The position numbers were made by a program, and so were the translations under genes. Of a stretch of DNA of 64,000 nt, positions 19,633-30,524 are shown in pieces. Position 1 is the stretch's first letter, and every line of letters starts with the position of its first letter. The notes beneath the pieces are model-generated. The model saw only the letters and a program-made list of their open reading frames with translations. It searched no databases and was not told the origin of the DNA. The stretch comes from an uncultured Candidatus Saccharibacteria bacterium (GTDB lineage Bacteria; Patescibacteriota; Andersenbacteria; UBA10190). Where the stretch lies: assembly GCA_964443125.1 (NCBI GenBank), contig CAYUBL010000002.1, positions 35,243 through 99,242 of the forward strand, written 5' to 3'.

Positions 19633-20772
19633 TTACGATGCGTCCGCCACGCTAATATCGATTTGGTCGGTGCGAGAGGGGACGGAAGCAACCCAAAAGG
19701 GGCGGAAGGAAACATCGACCGATCCAATCGTAGAGGAAGCGAGGAAGCGTTCAATCACTTCTTCTTTTGAAAGTCCCGACAAATTTTCGCTGGCAAGTTC
19801 TCCGGCGCCGATCTTTTTCGCATACGTTCCGGTAAGAGATGCCGCAATGCGGGCTTGGCCTTTTGTCCAATCGGTTTGGGCGATTTCGACAGCGAACGAT
19901 TCGGGATCATACGAGACGAATTCTTCGTCCGGCGCTACCGATGCCCGAAGCGCAAGCGTCATGAGGCTGATGAGGTCATGGATGTCTATGACGAATCCGC
20001 GCGCATGCACGGTCGCATTCGCGCTATAGCGTACCGATCGGCTGCCTGGAGCGGCGGATACGGATTGGGAGATGACTTCTACATTTACCAAATCGGATCG
20101 GATGGGCGCTCCTCCCGCCTTGGCGGTAAGCTTGGAAGCGGCGTCTTGCTTTGCCTGCTCAAGAACCGCCTGCCTTGCTGCCGCGATTGCTTCCTCGGTA
20201 ATTTCCGTATTGGTGGACTGTCCGCCGGAGAAAGGGGCGGTACTTTCGGCATACACGGCTTCCTGCATGCCTTGGGAAAATTTATCGATCACGAATCGTC
20301 CCGGCGGCACATCTCCTGCGGGACCTTTTTCTTTCGCGGTGACAGGCATTTCAAGCGTGCCATGCGGAGGAATCACCGCTTGCTTGTCGGTAAGGAACTG
20401 TACGCCGGATTCTCCATGGCGCATGTGGGTATGAGGAAGCAGGCGAGTCTCTTCATCGAGCGTATTGGTAAAGGTGATAACTCCTTTGGCGTAGTCCTCA
20501 ACGATTGCTCCGCCCGTGTTCTCGAATGTTTTTGTGACGGATATTTCTTCCTCCACGACGTTCGCCGGGAGAATAAAACGTACGTAGTCGGGCGCTGCCA
20601 AATCTTTTTCGAGCAAAATATCTTTTGTTACTTGTTTGGTTTCCGTTTTCGGGTGGACGGTAATCGACGCCCTAGGGAGGAGCGTGGATGCGGTAAGCGC
20701 CGCGGCGCCGCCAAACAGCAGAATGACGATCAGGAGAATTCCTCGGGCGGGAAGCGCGAAATGAGTCGGCAT
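19633..20772 (-). CDS. Hypothetical membrane-anchored protein
   Basis: 379 aa with an N-terminal TM and a beta-rich extracytoplasmic body. Confidence 0.5.
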   Translation of the reverse strand: MPTHFALPARGILLIVILLFGGAAALTASTLLPRASITVHPKTETKQVTKDILLEKDLAAPDYVRFILPANVVEEEISVTKTFENTGGAIVEDYAKGVITFTNTLDEETRLLPHTHMRHGESGVQFLTDKQAVIPPHGTLEMPVTAKEKGPAGDVPPGRFVIDKFSQGMQEAVYAESTAPFSGGQSTNTEITEEAIAAARQAVLEQAKQDAASKLTAKAGGAPIRSDLVNVEVISQSVSAAPGSRSVRYSANATVHARGFVIDIHDLISLMTLALRASVAPDEEFVSYDPESFAVEIAQTDWTKGQARIAASLTGTYAKKIGAGELASENLSGLSKEEVIERFLASSTIGSVDVSFRPFWVASVPSRTDQIDISVADAS

Positions 20773-20774
20773 AT

Positions 20775-23700
20775 CTACGCTTTATATCGTATCGCTTGGG
20801 TTCCGACTATAGCTGCAATGGCAGTAGTCGTTTCATCATTCTGAGCGATTTTATACGGAGTGGATATCATGGTGGAAGCTCCGCCGCGGACTATGGCGAG
20901 AACAACCGGAAGCGAGTCGGTCTCCGTGTGAAGTTTGGCAAGGGTTTGCCGGAGGCGTTCCAGCGTTTCTCGATTCGTGGATGGTGAAAGGGAAAGCAGG
21001 ACGGCTTTGCGGACACCTCCAGCCGCGGCGCGCTGCACGACAGGCTTTTCGGATGCGGCGGAGTCTTTGGTAAGGGGTTTGACCGCGTTTGCGAGCAGCT
21101 TTGTTTCCCCGTCTTTGTCGGAGAGCACCCCGTCGACGATAACGCGGGCGCCGTCGGTCCATAGATCGCTTGTTTGGGCAAGGGTCTTGGGAAAGACGAG
21201 TACTTCCATGCTGTGTGACAAGTCTTCTATGAGCACAAACAGCATCGGCTGTCCGCTTTTTGTAATGATTTTTTTCATTCTGCTGATCACTCCCGCGATA
21301 CGGACAGGGGTTTGGTCCTTGCCTCCGATAATGGAAGAAATCGGATGTGCGATTTTGGGAAGGATGCTGCGAAATTCCGTAAGCGGATGCTCTGATACGT
21401 ACAGTCCGAGCAATTCTTTTTCCCACGCAAGGCGATCCTCCTGCGCTGCCGCAGGAACCTCCGAGAGCGTTATTCTGGGCTCTGCAAGGGGAGCCGCGGC
21501 ACCGCTGCCAAACAGCCCTTGCTGTCCTTGGTCGGTTTTGCGATGCAGCGCACGATTGAAGTCCAGAAGCGCATCGGTATGGGTGATCACATAATTGCGT
21601 TCCGCAACGCAGTCGAATGCGCCTGCCTTCGCCAGGCTCTCAACGGATTTCTTGTTAAAATCCTTCGCGTTCACTCTTCGGAAAATATCCAGCAAATCCT
21701 TGTATGGTCCGCGCGCGTTGCGTTCCTGGATAATCGCCTCAATCGCGTTATGGCCGACATTTTTGATTGCGGAAAGTCCGAACCGGATTCCCGAAGCGTT
21801 TTCTTTTGTGGTAACAACCGTAAAGTCTTCTTCGCTTTCGTTGATGTCCGGCGGAAGGATGGGGATGTCTTGCGCCATTGCATCCGCAACTTCGATAGCT
21901 TGCCGATCCGTATTGCCTTCGTCGCATGTCAGGAGCCCCGCCATGAATTCCGCGGGATAGTTTGCTTTTAGGTACGCCGTTTGATACGCGATCATTGCAT
22001 AGCATGCCGCATGGGCGCGATTAAATCCGTACCGCGCGAACGGTTCAATGAAGTCCCAGACTGCCTCCGCGGTGCTCTGGCTGACCTTTTGGGTTTCTAT
22101 TGCCCCCTGGATGAACTTTTGCCGCTGTTCATCGAGCAGCTCTTTAATCTTTTTTCCTACCGCTTTGCGCAAGATGTCCGCCTGCGCGTACGTAAAGCCG
22201 GAAAATTGCCGGGCGATTTGCAGCACCTGGTCTTGAGTAACGATAACGCCGTACGTTTTTTCGAGGATCGGCTGGAGGGTCGGATGGATGTAGGAAATCT
22301 TTTTCTTGCCATGTTTTGCAGCGATGAAGTCGGGAATGGAATCCATGGGACCGGGCCGGTAGAGCGCCACCATGGAAATAATGTCTTCGAATTCTGTGGG
22401 TTTGAGTTCTTTTAAGTAGCGCCGCATGCCGGAGGATTCCAACTGGAATACGCCGACCGTTTTTGCCTCTTGCAGAAGAGCATAGGTTTTTGCATCGTCC
22501 ATGGGTAGGCTTTCCAGATCGATATCTACGCCATGGCGCTTCTTGATAATCGCAAGGGCCTTTTGAATTACAGTAAGGTTTTTTAGCCCCAAAAAGTCCA
22601 TTTTCAGCAATCCGAGGGATTCGACTGCGGACATGGCATATTGGGTGACGGTGTCCTTTGTTCCTTCGGACGTACTGGAAAGCTGGAGCGGAACGTATTC
22701 CGTAAGTGGAAGGTCGGTGATAACGACTGCGGCAGCATGGGTACTCGCATGCCTGCAGACGCCTTCTAGCTTCTTTGCGGTATCGATGAGTTTCTTTGCC
22801 TGCGGGTCGTTATCGTACATATCTTTTAATTCGCCGCCTTGCGAGAGTGCTTGCTCAAACGTCGTAAACGGAGGGATGGCTTTTGCAATCGTGTCGCAGA
22901 AGGTATACGGAAACCCGAGCGCGCGGCCTGCGTCTCGCACGGCCGCCCGCGCAGCCATCGTACCGAACGTGATAATTTGCGATACGTGTTCTTGGCCGTA
23001 TTTTTCCCGGACGTAATCGATGACCTCGCCCCGCCTGTCATCGGCGAAGTCCAAATCGATATCGGGCATGGATACGCGTTCGGGATTCAAAAATCGCTCG
23101 AACAGCAAGTCGTACTTGAGCGGATCGACGTTGGTAATATTGGTCAGGTAGGACACAAAACTTCCCGCGGCGCTTCCGCGCCCCGGTCCCACCAAGATGC
23201 CGCGCCGCTTTGCTTCGTTGACGAAATCCGAAACAATCAAGAAATACGAGGAAAATCCTGTCTGAGCGATGACTTGCAGCTCATAGTCGAGCCGCTCTTT
23301 TGCCCCTTCTGGTACTTGGTCTTGGTATCGCTCCATGAGGCCTTTTTCGCATAATTCCCGAAGCGCTTCTTCGGGGGTGACGCTCTTGGGGAGCGGGAAG
23401 CGGGGGAGTTTGTTTTTCCCGAATTCAAACTCCACATTGCACATGTCGGCAATTTTCTGTGTGTTATCGACAGCTTCGGGATAGTCTTTCCATACTTCTT
23501 TTACTTCTTCGGGGCTTTTCAGGGAAAAGTCTTCTCCCAGCATGCACATGCGATCTTTTTCATGAACCGTGGTGCCTGTCTGGACGCAGATCAATACGTC
23601 TTGCGCTTCCGCGTCTTCCGGATGGATGTAGTGGCTGTCTGCCGTTGCCGCCAGCGAAATATTGTATTTTTTCGCATACGAAATGAGCGCGGCATTGAGC

Positions 23701-24278
23701 TGGACCTGTTCGGGCAAGCTGGGGTGGTGCTGCACTTCCAGATAAAAGCGGTCTTTTCCGAACCGTTCGATATGCCATTCAATGAGTCGCTTCGCATCAT
23801 CGGGGCGTTTTTCCAGGATTGCTTTTGAAATGTCGCCATTGAGGCATCCCGAGAGGACGATAATGCCTTCCGAATGCTGTTCCAGCAAATCGTAATCAAT
23901 CCGCGGCTTGTAGTAGTATCCGTCAAGAAATGCCTTTGTAGACAGTTGAATAAGATTTTTATACCCGGCGTTATTCATTGCGATCAAGCCGAGGTGGCGC
24001 GGGTTTCCATCCACTTTGCCTCGCTTTTTATCATGTCCGTTGGGCGCAAGATACCCCTCCATGCCGATAATCGGCTTGATGCCCGCCTGTTGCGCCGCTT
24101 GGACGAATTCGATCACGCCATACATGGAGCCGTGGTCGGTAATAGCGAGAGAATTCATGCCCAACTCCCGGGCTCGCGACACCAGCGCATCGACTTTCCC
24201 TAATCCGTCAAGGAGGGAGTAATGGGAATGTACGTGCAGGTGGGTAAAGTCGTTCATGGACTTTTTAGTATACCGCAT
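20775..24278 (-). CDS. dnaE: DNA polymerase III alpha subunit
   Basis: PHP domain (LHVHSHYSLLDG ... ITDHGSMYG), polymerase core and OB-fold; 1167 aa. Confidence 0.95.
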   Translation of the reverse strand: MRYTKKSMNDFTHLHVHSHYSLLDGLGKVDALVSRARELGMNSLAITDHGSMYGVIEFVQAAQQAGIKPIIGMEGYLAPNGHDKKRGKVDGNPRHLGLIAMNNAGYKNLIQLSTKAFLDGYYYKPRIDYDLLEQHSEGIIVLSGCLNGDISKAILEKRPDDAKRLIEWHIERFGKDRFYLEVQHHPSLPEQVQLNAALISYAKKYNISLAATADSHYIHPEDAEAQDVLICVQTGTTVHEKDRMCMLGEDFSLKSPEEVKEVWKDYPEAVDNTQKIADMCNVEFEFGKNKLPRFPLPKSVTPEEALRELCEKGLMERYQDQVPEGAKERLDYELQVIAQTGFSSYFLIVSDFVNEAKRRGILVGPGRGSAAGSFVSYLTNITNVDPLKYDLLFERFLNPERVSMPDIDLDFADDRRGEVIDYVREKYGQEHVSQIITFGTMAARAAVRDAGRALGFPYTFCDTIAKAIPPFTTFEQALSQGGELKDMYDNDPQAKKLIDTAKKLEGVCRHASTHAAAVVITDLPLTEYVPLQLSSTSEGTKDTVTQYAMSAVESLGLLKMDFLGLKNLTVIQKALAIIKKRHGVDIDLESLPMDDAKTYALLQEAKTVGVFQLESSGMRRYLKELKPTEFEDIISMVALYRPGPMDSIPDFIAAKHGKKKISYIHPTLQPILEKTYGVIVTQDQVLQIARQFSGFTYAQADILRKAVGKKIKELLDEQRQKFIQGAIETQKVSQSTAEAVWDFIEPFARYGFNRAHAACYAMIAYQTAYLKANYPAEFMAGLLTCDEGNTDRQAIEVADAMAQDIPILPPDINESEEDFTVVTTKENASGIRFGLSAIKNVGHNAIEAIIQERNARGPYKDLLDIFRRVNAKDFNKKSVESLAKAGAFDCVAERNYVITHTDALLDFNRALHRKTDQGQQGLFGSGAAAPLAEPRITLSEVPAAAQEDRLAWEKELLGLYVSEHPLTEFRSILPKIAHPISSIIGGKDQTPVRIAGVISRMKKIITKSGQPMLFVLIEDLSHSMEVLVFPKTLAQTSDLWTDGARVIVDGVLSDKDGETKLLANAVKPLTKDSAASEKPVVQRAAAGGVRKAVLLSLSPSTNRETLERLRQTLAKLHTETDSLPVVLAIVRGGASTMISTPYKIAQNDETTTAIAAIVGTQAIRYKA

Positions 24279-24315
24279 GTGGTATCATATATGCACGATG
24301 AGCATGCATAGGGCC

Positions 24316-25095
24316 ATGAAGAAGACGGCGTACGCGACAGGGTTTTTTCTCGTCGTTGCACTCCTTCTCTTTGGCATTATTGCTCCGTTTTTTCGCAAAG
24401 CTCCGGTTGTGCCCGCGCCGACGCCGGCAACCCAGGCATATTTGCCGATCAGCATTGAGGGGGTTGTTGTGGTGCCCCATATTGAGAACCCCGGCCCGAG
24501 AGGAAAAACAATTGACGTGGTGGGGAGGGTAAAGAACCAGAATGCTCGCGCGGGCGTCGCGTCGTATCCGGTGAAGATTCTCGTAAAAAGCCCATCAGGT
24601 TCGGTTATTTCGACTGTGGAGCAGAATATCTATGTGCTGCCGGGAGGACTGCAGTATATGGCTGCGCTTGATATTCCCATTCCCGCGGATCAGCAGTTCG
24701 GGAGCGTCTCGATAGAAACGCCCAATGCCGTGACATTTACCGTGCTTGCGGAGAGTGCGACGCTTCCGAATTTCGGCGTATTCTTGCGCGATCGTTCGCA
24801 GTTTGAGTCAGGATCCCAACACATCGAACAGCAGACCGGGATTGTCACGAATAATTCTACATTCGACTGGGAGCGCGTTGAGGTAACCGGGGTTGCCCTG
24901 GATGGAGAGGGGAACATTGTCGGAGTGGGCAAAACATTTGTAGGAAGGCTGATCGTCGGTGAACAAAGGGAATTTACGATTCAGTGGCCGTATCCTCAAG
25001 CTGCCACCCAGCGCGTCATCGCCATCGCGACAACAAATATCTATAGCCCGGAGAATGCCGTCCACATCATTGGCGACCCCAGCCGGCTTCGGTAG
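24316..25095 (+). CDS. Hypothetical membrane-anchored protein
   Basis: Start taken at MKKTAYATGFF to avoid overlap with the divergent dnaE start. Single TM, then a beta-rich domain. Confidence 0.45.
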   Translation: MKKTAYATGFFLVVALLLFGIIAPFFRKAPVVPAPTPATQAYLPISIEGVVVVPHIENPGPRGKTIDVVGRVKNQNARAGVASYPVKILVKSPSGSVISTVEQNIYVLPGGLQYMAALDIPIPADQQFGSVSIETPNAVTFTVLAESATLPNFGVFLRDRSQFESGSQHIEQQTGIVTNNSTFDWERVEVTGVALDGEGNIVGVGKTFVGRLIVGEQREFTIQWPYPQAATQRVIAIATTNIYSPENAVHIIGDPSRLR

Positions 25096-25104
25096 GCTTG
25101 TTGT

Positions 25105-26229
25105 ATGAATTGGCGGCGTATTTTTGCTTCGGCCGACTACGTGCTTATGAGCTGCGCGCTCTTGCTATCCGGTATTGGGCTCGCGATGCTGGCTTCTTCC
25201 GCGAATACCACGACTGCGGCAGTGTCTCCGCTCTTGTATCGGCAGGCAATCGCGCTCGGAGCGGGGGCGCTGCTCTTTCTGTGCGCGATGAAAATTCCGT
25301 ACCATACGTGGAAGCGGCTTGCTCCGTGGATGTTCGGGGGTGGGGTTATCGTACAAGTTGTTTTGCTGTTTACCGGGCGGTTGATCCGGGGGACGGTGAG
25401 CCGGTTGGATTTTTTCGGATTCCAGATCCAGCCATCGGAGTTCGTGAAAGTGGCGCTCGTGCTCATGGTCGCATGGGTGCTTGCAAGGCAGAAGCGAGTA
25501 GGGGCAAGGGGCGTGCTGATAAGCGGCGCAATCATGCTGCTTCCCGTTGTACTCGTGCTTCGGGAGCCGGATTTCGGCATGGCATCCGTGATGATTGCGT
25601 CATGGGCGGGAATGCTTTTCGTGTTTGGATTGCCATGGAGGACGGTTGGCCTGTTGGCTTTGTTGGGAGCAGTACTGTTCGGGACTGCATGGCAGACCGC
25701 GTTGCTTCCATACCAAAAAGAGAGAATTCTCACATTTTTAAATCCCACCGCGGATCCATTGCGGTCGGGGTATAACGTTACCCAGTCGATTATTGCGCTC
25801 GGGTCCGGTCAGCTGCTTGGGAGGGGGTTGGGCCATGGTCCACAATCGCAGCTAAAGTTTCTCCCCGAGCGCCATACCGACTTTATTTTTGCCAGTGTCG
25901 GAGAAGAGCTGGGATTTCTCGGAATTGCGCTCGTTACGATCCTCTACGGCATTATGCTGGGGAGGATTATCGTTCTTGTGCGGTCAGTGAATGATCCGTT
26001 TGGCCAAATGGTAGCGACCGGCGCCTTCTTTGTTTTTATCGTTGGCTTTACGGTAAATGCCGGAATGAATATGGGATTGCTGCCAGTGACCGGCATCCCG
26101 CTTCCGCTCATCAGCTATGGCGGATCCAACCTGGTTACCTCATGCTTTTTGTTGGGGCTGGTGGAATCGGTAAAGGTACATAGCAAGTTCTTATCAAGCG
26201 CCCCGATGGAGCTGTCTACCTTTACATAG
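25105..26229 (+). CDS. SEDS-family peptidoglycan glycosyltransferase (RodA/FtsW)
   Basis: Ten TM helices. Conserved SEDS motifs. Confidence 0.85.
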   Translation: MNWRRIFASADYVLMSCALLLSGIGLAMLASSANTTTAAVSPLLYRQAIALGAGALLFLCAMKIPYHTWKRLAPWMFGGGVIVQVVLLFTGRLIRGTVSRLDFFGFQIQPSEFVKVALVLMVAWVLARQKRVGARGVLISGAIMLLPVVLVLREPDFGMASVMIASWAGMLFVFGLPWRTVGLLALLGAVLFGTAWQTALLPYQKERILTFLNPTADPLRSGYNVTQSIIALGSGQLLGRGLGHGPQSQLKFLPERHTDFIFASVGEELGFLGIALVTILYGIMLGRIIVLVRSVNDPFGQMVATGAFFVFIVGFTVNAGMNMGLLPVTGIPLPLISYGGSNLVTSCFLLGLVESVKVHSKFLSSAPMELSTFT

Positions 26230-26328
26230 AGCCACAAAAAGGAACAATATTTGTGTTCAAAAAAGCAAAAATAAAATTGACAGAAGGTAAAAATTAGACT
26301 ATCATTAAGAGCATAACAAGAGCACCCT

Positions 26329-26655
26329 ATGGAATTCGACGAAAATGTACACTTTGTATCTCGATGCCCCTTCTGCAGCGCGGAGTATGACTTAGACGGT
26401 GCGCGGGTCATTGGAGAAGAGGAGGATGCAACGGTGGTATACGTAACGTGCTCTAAATGCGAAAGCTCAATCGTGGCGATGGTGGCAATGACCGGCTTGG
26501 GGATTGTCAGCCTTGGATTGGTAACGGATATGACGGCAGAGGATACCAAGCGATTTTTCGGAGGCAAAGAAGTTACGAGCGATGAGCTGCTTTCCATCTA
26601 CACGTTACTGAAAGAAGACCAAAACGCCATTCGGGCATTGACACAAAGAACATAA
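26329..26655 (+). CDS. Hypothetical zinc-ribbon protein
   Basis: CPFC...17...CSKC. TTGACA-17-TATCAT promoter-like site at 26276-26304. Confidence 0.45.
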   Translation: MEFDENVHFVSRCPFCSAEYDLDGARVIGEEEDATVVYVTCSKCESSIVAMVAMTGLGIVSLGLVTDMTAEDTKRFFGGKEVTSDELLSIYTLLKEDQNAIRALTQRT

Positions 26656-26676
26656 CGCACTACGCTTTATGTTCAT

Positions 26677-27363
26677 ATGGCAGCAGGACTTACATTAGCT
26701 GTGGGAGCACGCTCCGGACACCCCGGAGCGGTTCGTCGTGCCGGAAATATTCCCGCTGTATTGTATGGCCGGGGAATTGAGCCGCAGCACGTAGAGGTGG
26801 AATATCGGAAATTCCAGAAGCTCTTTTCCGAATCGGGATACACCACGATGATTACGCTTTCTGTGGAAGGCAAGGATAATCGACCTGTCTTTATTCGAGA
26901 TGTGCAATTTCACCCGTTGAAAAATACGATTACTCACATCGACTTTTATCAGGTTCGAATGGATGAAGCCATCCGCGCGAATGTTCCTATCCGGTTTGTA
27001 GGGGAGTCTCCTGCGGTGAAGGATTTGGCCGGAACGTTTGTCCGAAGCATAGACGAGCTCGAAGTGGAGGCGTTGCCGCAAGATTTGCCGCACGATATTG
27101 AAGTGGATATTTCATCGCTCGTGGACTTTGAATCAGTAATCCATGTGAAAGATATTGCGCTTCCCAAGGGAGTGACGACCGATCGGGATGGCGAAGAAGT
27201 TGTTGCGCTCGTACAGCCTCCGCGGTCAGAAGAAGAGCTTGAGGCGCTTTCCGAAGAAGTGAAGGAAGACGTGGAAAACGTTGAAGGAGTGAAAGAGGAA
27301 GCTCTCGCTGAAGCCGGTGCCGAAGGAGAAGCGAAAGAGCCGGAAGAAAACCAAGGAGAATAG
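26677..27363 (+). CDS. rplY: 50S ribosomal protein L25 / general stress protein Ctc
   Basis: N-terminal L25 fold (RSGHPGAVRRAGNIPAVLYG) and an acidic C-terminal tail. Confidence 0.85.
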   Translation: MAAGLTLAVGARSGHPGAVRRAGNIPAVLYGRGIEPQHVEVEYRKFQKLFSESGYTTMITLSVEGKDNRPVFIRDVQFHPLKNTITHIDFYQVRMDEAIRANVPIRFVGESPAVKDLAGTFVRSIDELEVEALPQDLPHDIEVDISSLVDFESVIHVKDIALPKGVTTDRDGEEVVALVQPPRSEEELEALSEEVKEDVENVEGVKEEALAEAGAEGEAKEPEENQGE

Positions 27364-27371
27364 CAGCGCGG

Positions 27372-28130
27372 TTACGCCGTGATGATTGTGCCGCCGGTCG
27401 TTTCGATGATTGACGGTATGGGAAGCGATGTAATCTGCTGAACGAATGCTTGTCCGTCCGATCCGCCGTCGAGCGCGATTGCCGGCTCGAAGAGTAAGCC
27501 GCGGGACTCTATTGTGTCCCCGGCTTTTTGCAATTCGTCGGTGGGGACATACGGAGGATTGCTGACGATGAGATCTACAACGCGGCCATTGAGCGGATGA
27601 TGCATGTCTCCCTCGAGGAATTCTATGCGATCTTCTACTCCATGTGCGCGAGCGTTTTGCCGTGCAACGGCGAGCGCTGCGCTTGATATGTCTGTTGCAA
27701 TCAAAGAAGCGGATGGGTATTCCAGCGCGAGCGTTATTGCAATAACGCCGCTGCCCGTGCCGATATCCGCAATTGCGATATTGGGGCTTTGATGTTGCTT
27801 GGCGTAGGCAAGCGCTTGCCGAATCAATTCTTCGGTTTCCGGGCGGGGAATGAGCGTGTCAGGGGTGACGAGGAATGTTCGGCCGTAAAATTCCGCTTCT
27901 CCTAAAATGTATGCCAACGGCATGCCGGATGCACGCAGTGCAGTCATGTGCCGGATTTGGCGCAGGGACTGGTCATCGAGGGGATCTTCTCCGTGAGCGA
28001 GCAGGAAGCTCGCGTCGCGTTTTTTCGTTACTGCAAGCAAGATGCGCTCCGCATCCAAGTGTGGGGCGTCGGAATGGTCCTTTACGCTGTGAATAATGTA
28101 TGCCGCTGCGGTTTGAATCGTATAAGCCAT
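27372..28130 (-). CDS. prmC: Release-factor glutamine N5-methyltransferase (PrmC/HemK)
   Basis: NPPY motif (LIVSNPPYVP) and SAM-binding DIGTGSG. Start trimmed to the ATG at 28130 to abut prfA. Confidence 0.85.
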   Translation of the reverse strand: MAYTIQTAAAYIIHSVKDHSDAPHLDAERILLAVTKKRDASFLLAHGEDPLDDQSLRQIRHMTALRASGMPLAYILGEAEFYGRTFLVTPDTLIPRPETEELIRQALAYAKQHQSPNIAIADIGTGSGVIAITLALEYPSASLIATDISSAALAVARQNARAHGVEDRIEFLEGDMHHPLNGRVVDLIVSNPPYVPTDELQKAGDTIESRGLLFEPAIALDGGSDGQAFVQQITSLPIPSIIETTGGTIITA

Positions 28131-28137
28131 ATGCGCG

Positions 28138-29175
28138 TCATACTGCATCGCGAAGCCGCTGTTCGCGGTCTTTTGCCTGCAAGCTTTCAATGATAGGACC
28201 GAGTCCGCCCTCCATGACGCTTGCGATATTGCTCCAAGATTCCTTAATGCGGTGGTCGGTGATACGGTCTTGGGGGAAGTTGTAGGTCCGGATTTTTTCC
28301 GACCTATCTCCGGTTCCGATTTGAGATTTCCGCTCTTGCGCCTCCTTTGCATGGCGGGCTTCTTCTTGTGCAGCAAGCAGCCGCGCGCGCAGAAGGCTCA
28401 TGGCCATTTCCCGGTTTTTGTGCTGGCTGCGTTCCTGCTGGCAGGCAACCACCGTGCCGGTCGGAATATGTGTGATGCGGATTGCCGAGCTGGTTTTGTT
28501 GACATGCTGCCCCCCTGCGCCGCTTGCCCGATAGGTATCGATACGCAAGTCTTCCGGACGGATAACGACATCTTGCTCTTCTGCCCGGGGAAGAATAGCG
28601 ACCGTAACGGTCGAGGTGTGCGTGCGCCCCATTTTTTCCGTTTCCGGAATGCGCTGAACCCGGTGCACACCACTTTCGTATTTTAAGTGTCCGTACACTT
28701 CCTCACCGGATATTTCGATTGTTCCTTCGTCGATAGAAGAAACGCGCCAGCCGCGCTCCTCCGCATAGCGGATATATGCGCGGAGCAGCTCTTGCGCGAA
28801 CAGCGATGCCTCTTGTCCGCCGGCGCCCGCGCGGATTTCCATGATAATATCGCGGCTGTTGAGCGGATCTTCGGGGATCAAAAGCTCTTCCAGCTTGCGC
28901 TCAGCCTGCGCCTTCGCCTCCGCCAGGCGCTCGGATTCTTCTTCCGCAAGCGCGCGGATATCCAATTCCGGAGACGAGAGAAGCGTACTATTTTCCGCGA
29001 ACTCTTTTTCGATGCGGGTGATGTCATCGATAGCGGCCAGGGTGTCTTTTGCCCGGCGCAGCTGATGCGTAATGTCTTTTAAGATGCTCGGCTGCTTGAC
29101 GAGCGATATATCCGCAAGGCGTTCGGAAAGAGAGTCGATATGTGCGACAAGGTCTTCTCGGGATGGGAGTACCAT
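28138..29175 (-). CDS. prfA: Peptide chain release factor 1
   Basis: GGQ motif ([11 protein letters not shown]) and a PET tripeptide (RF1 PxT type). Adjacent to prmC. Confidence 0.9.
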   Translation of the reverse strand: MVLPSREDLVAHIDSLSERLADISLVKQPSILKDITHQLRRAKDTLAAIDDITRIEKEFAENSTLLSSPELDIRALAEEESERLAEAKAQAERKLEELLIPEDPLNSRDIIMEIRAGAGGQEASLFAQELLRAYIRYAEERGWRVSSIDEGTIEISGEEVYGHLKYESGVHRVQRIPETEKMGRTHTSTVTVAILPRAEEQDVVIRPEDLRIDTYRASGAGGQHVNKTSSAIRITHIPTGTVVACQQERSQHKNREMAMSLLRARLLAAQEEARHAKEAQERKSQIGTGDRSEKIRTYNFPQDRITDHRIKESWSNIASVMEGGLGPIIESLQAKDREQRLRDAV

Positions 29176-29199
29176 AGGGGCCCGGTCCGGGGCAAAAAT

Positions 29200-29496
29200 C
29201 TACTTTGAAATACGGACTTCTTGATTCGATCCGTCTTTCTTTTTCGCGCGGGTTTTCTTGGGTTTCTTGGTTTGAAGCTTTTGTTGCAGAGCTTCTGCTT
29301 CTTCTTGCCGTTTGCGGAACTTGTCGACCCGTCCTGCCACGTCAACGAGCTTTTGTTTTCCGGTATAGAACGGATGGCATGCGGAGCATACCTCGACAGA
29401 AAGGGACTTCATCGTGGACCCCGTTTCAAAGGAATTGCCGCATGCGCAGGCAACCTTGATCTTTTCGTGATATGGAGGATGGATATCTGGCTTCAT
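29200..29496 (-). CDS. rpmE: 50S ribosomal protein L31 with a Lys-rich C-terminal extension
   Basis: [10 protein letters not shown] ... CACG ... [10 protein letters not shown]. Start set at the internal Met. Confidence 0.85.
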   Translation of the reverse strand: MKPDIHPPYHEKIKVACACGNSFETGSTMKSLSVEVCSACHPFYTGKQKLVDVAGRVDKFRKRQEEAEALQQKLQTKKPKKTRAKKKDGSNQEVRISK

Positions 29497-29525
29497 AGGA
29501 ATGTTCAAAAGTATACAAAATGTCC

Positions 29526-29554
29526 TTGATTTTTGCAAGCATGTCCGGTATGAT
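29526..29554 (+). promoter_or_regulatory. Putative rpsB-tsf promoter (TTGATT-17-TATGAT) followed by a ~170-nt leader
   Basis: Hexamers with 17-nt spacing. A long 5' UTR is consistent with a known S2 autoregulatory leader. Confidence 0.45.
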
Positions 29555-29724
29555 CAACTCTATTCTTTTTAATTATTAATTTCACACCCGGAGCCACATT
29601 TGGAGCCCAAGAGGGGTTTCTTCTCCTCTTTACCTTACGCGAAGCTAAAAAAGGATCGCTGACGTAGAGCCACGAGAAATCCGTTCCACTAGAAGCCCGG
29701 GGAGGAACAAGGAGTAACTATACT

Positions 29725-30483
29725 ATGTCACCAACAGCAACAAAGAAGAAACAAGAGGGGGGAGCGCCTGCTACAGACCTTTCCGGCATTATTCCGGATG
29801 TAGTAGCAATGCTCGAATCCGGCGCTCATTTTGGGCACGAGAAGAGCAAGCGAAACCCGAAAATGGAACAATACATTTACATGCATCGCAGCCGTATCGC
29901 CATTATCGATCTGAACCATACGCGGGACGGACTAGTAAAGGCAGCGCAGTTCGCATACGAGGTAGCTTCCAAGCCGAACGGAGAAATTCTCTTTGTCGGC
30001 ACCAAGCGGCAAGCTCGCAATATCGTGAGAAAATATGCCGAGGCGGTAAATATGCCGTACATCACGAAACGATGGCTGGGCGGAACGCTGACGAATTTCT
30101 CCACGATTCAAAAGAGCATAGAAAAACTCGATGAACTCAAACGGATGGAAGAATCGAAGCAGACAGCGACACTCACGAAAAAGGAGCGCGCCGTACGCCA
30201 AAAAGAAATTGAGCGCTTGGAAGGGGTTCTGGAGGGGATGAAGTCATTAAAGTCCCTGCCGGCAGCAATATTCGTTGCGGGGGCTCACGATGAACGCATT
30301 GCGGTGAAAGAGGCGGTTCGTACGAACATTCCCGTCATCGGTATTGCGGACACGAACGCGGATCCCCACATGCTGACATGCCCCATTCCCGCAAACGACG
30401 ACGCGATTCGATCGATTGAGCTTGTCACGAAAGTGATTGCGCAGGCAATCGCGAAAGCAAAAGGCATTGACCTTGCGGTATAA
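29725..30483 (+). CDS. rpsB: 30S ribosomal protein S2
   Basis: MLESGAHFGHEKSKRNPKM. Confidence 0.95.
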   Translation: MSPTATKKKQEGGAPATDLSGIIPDVVAMLESGAHFGHEKSKRNPKMEQYIYMHRSRIAIIDLNHTRDGLVKAAQFAYEVASKPNGEILFVGTKRQARNIVRKYAEAVNMPYITKRWLGGTLTNFSTIQKSIEKLDELKRMEESKQTATLTKKERAVRQKEIERLEGVLEGMKSLKSLPAAIFVAGAHDERIAVKEAVRTNIPVIGIADTNADPHMLTCPIPANDDAIRSIELVTKVIAQAIAKAKGIDLAV

Positions 30484-30524
30484 TAGATACAACACCAAAG
30501 CACTTAGAACTTAGAACAACAATT

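Noticed and set aside
20775-24278. Numerous 60-220-aa ORFs on the plus strand inside dnaE (e.g. 20935..21594, 22839..23354)
   Set aside because: All are antisense or frame-shifted shadows of the 1167-aa dnaE.
28131-28376. Upstream extension of the prmC ORF into prfA
   Set aside because: The long ORF would overlap the last 80 codons of prfA. The ATG at 28130 gives a normal-length PrmC abutting the prfA stop.
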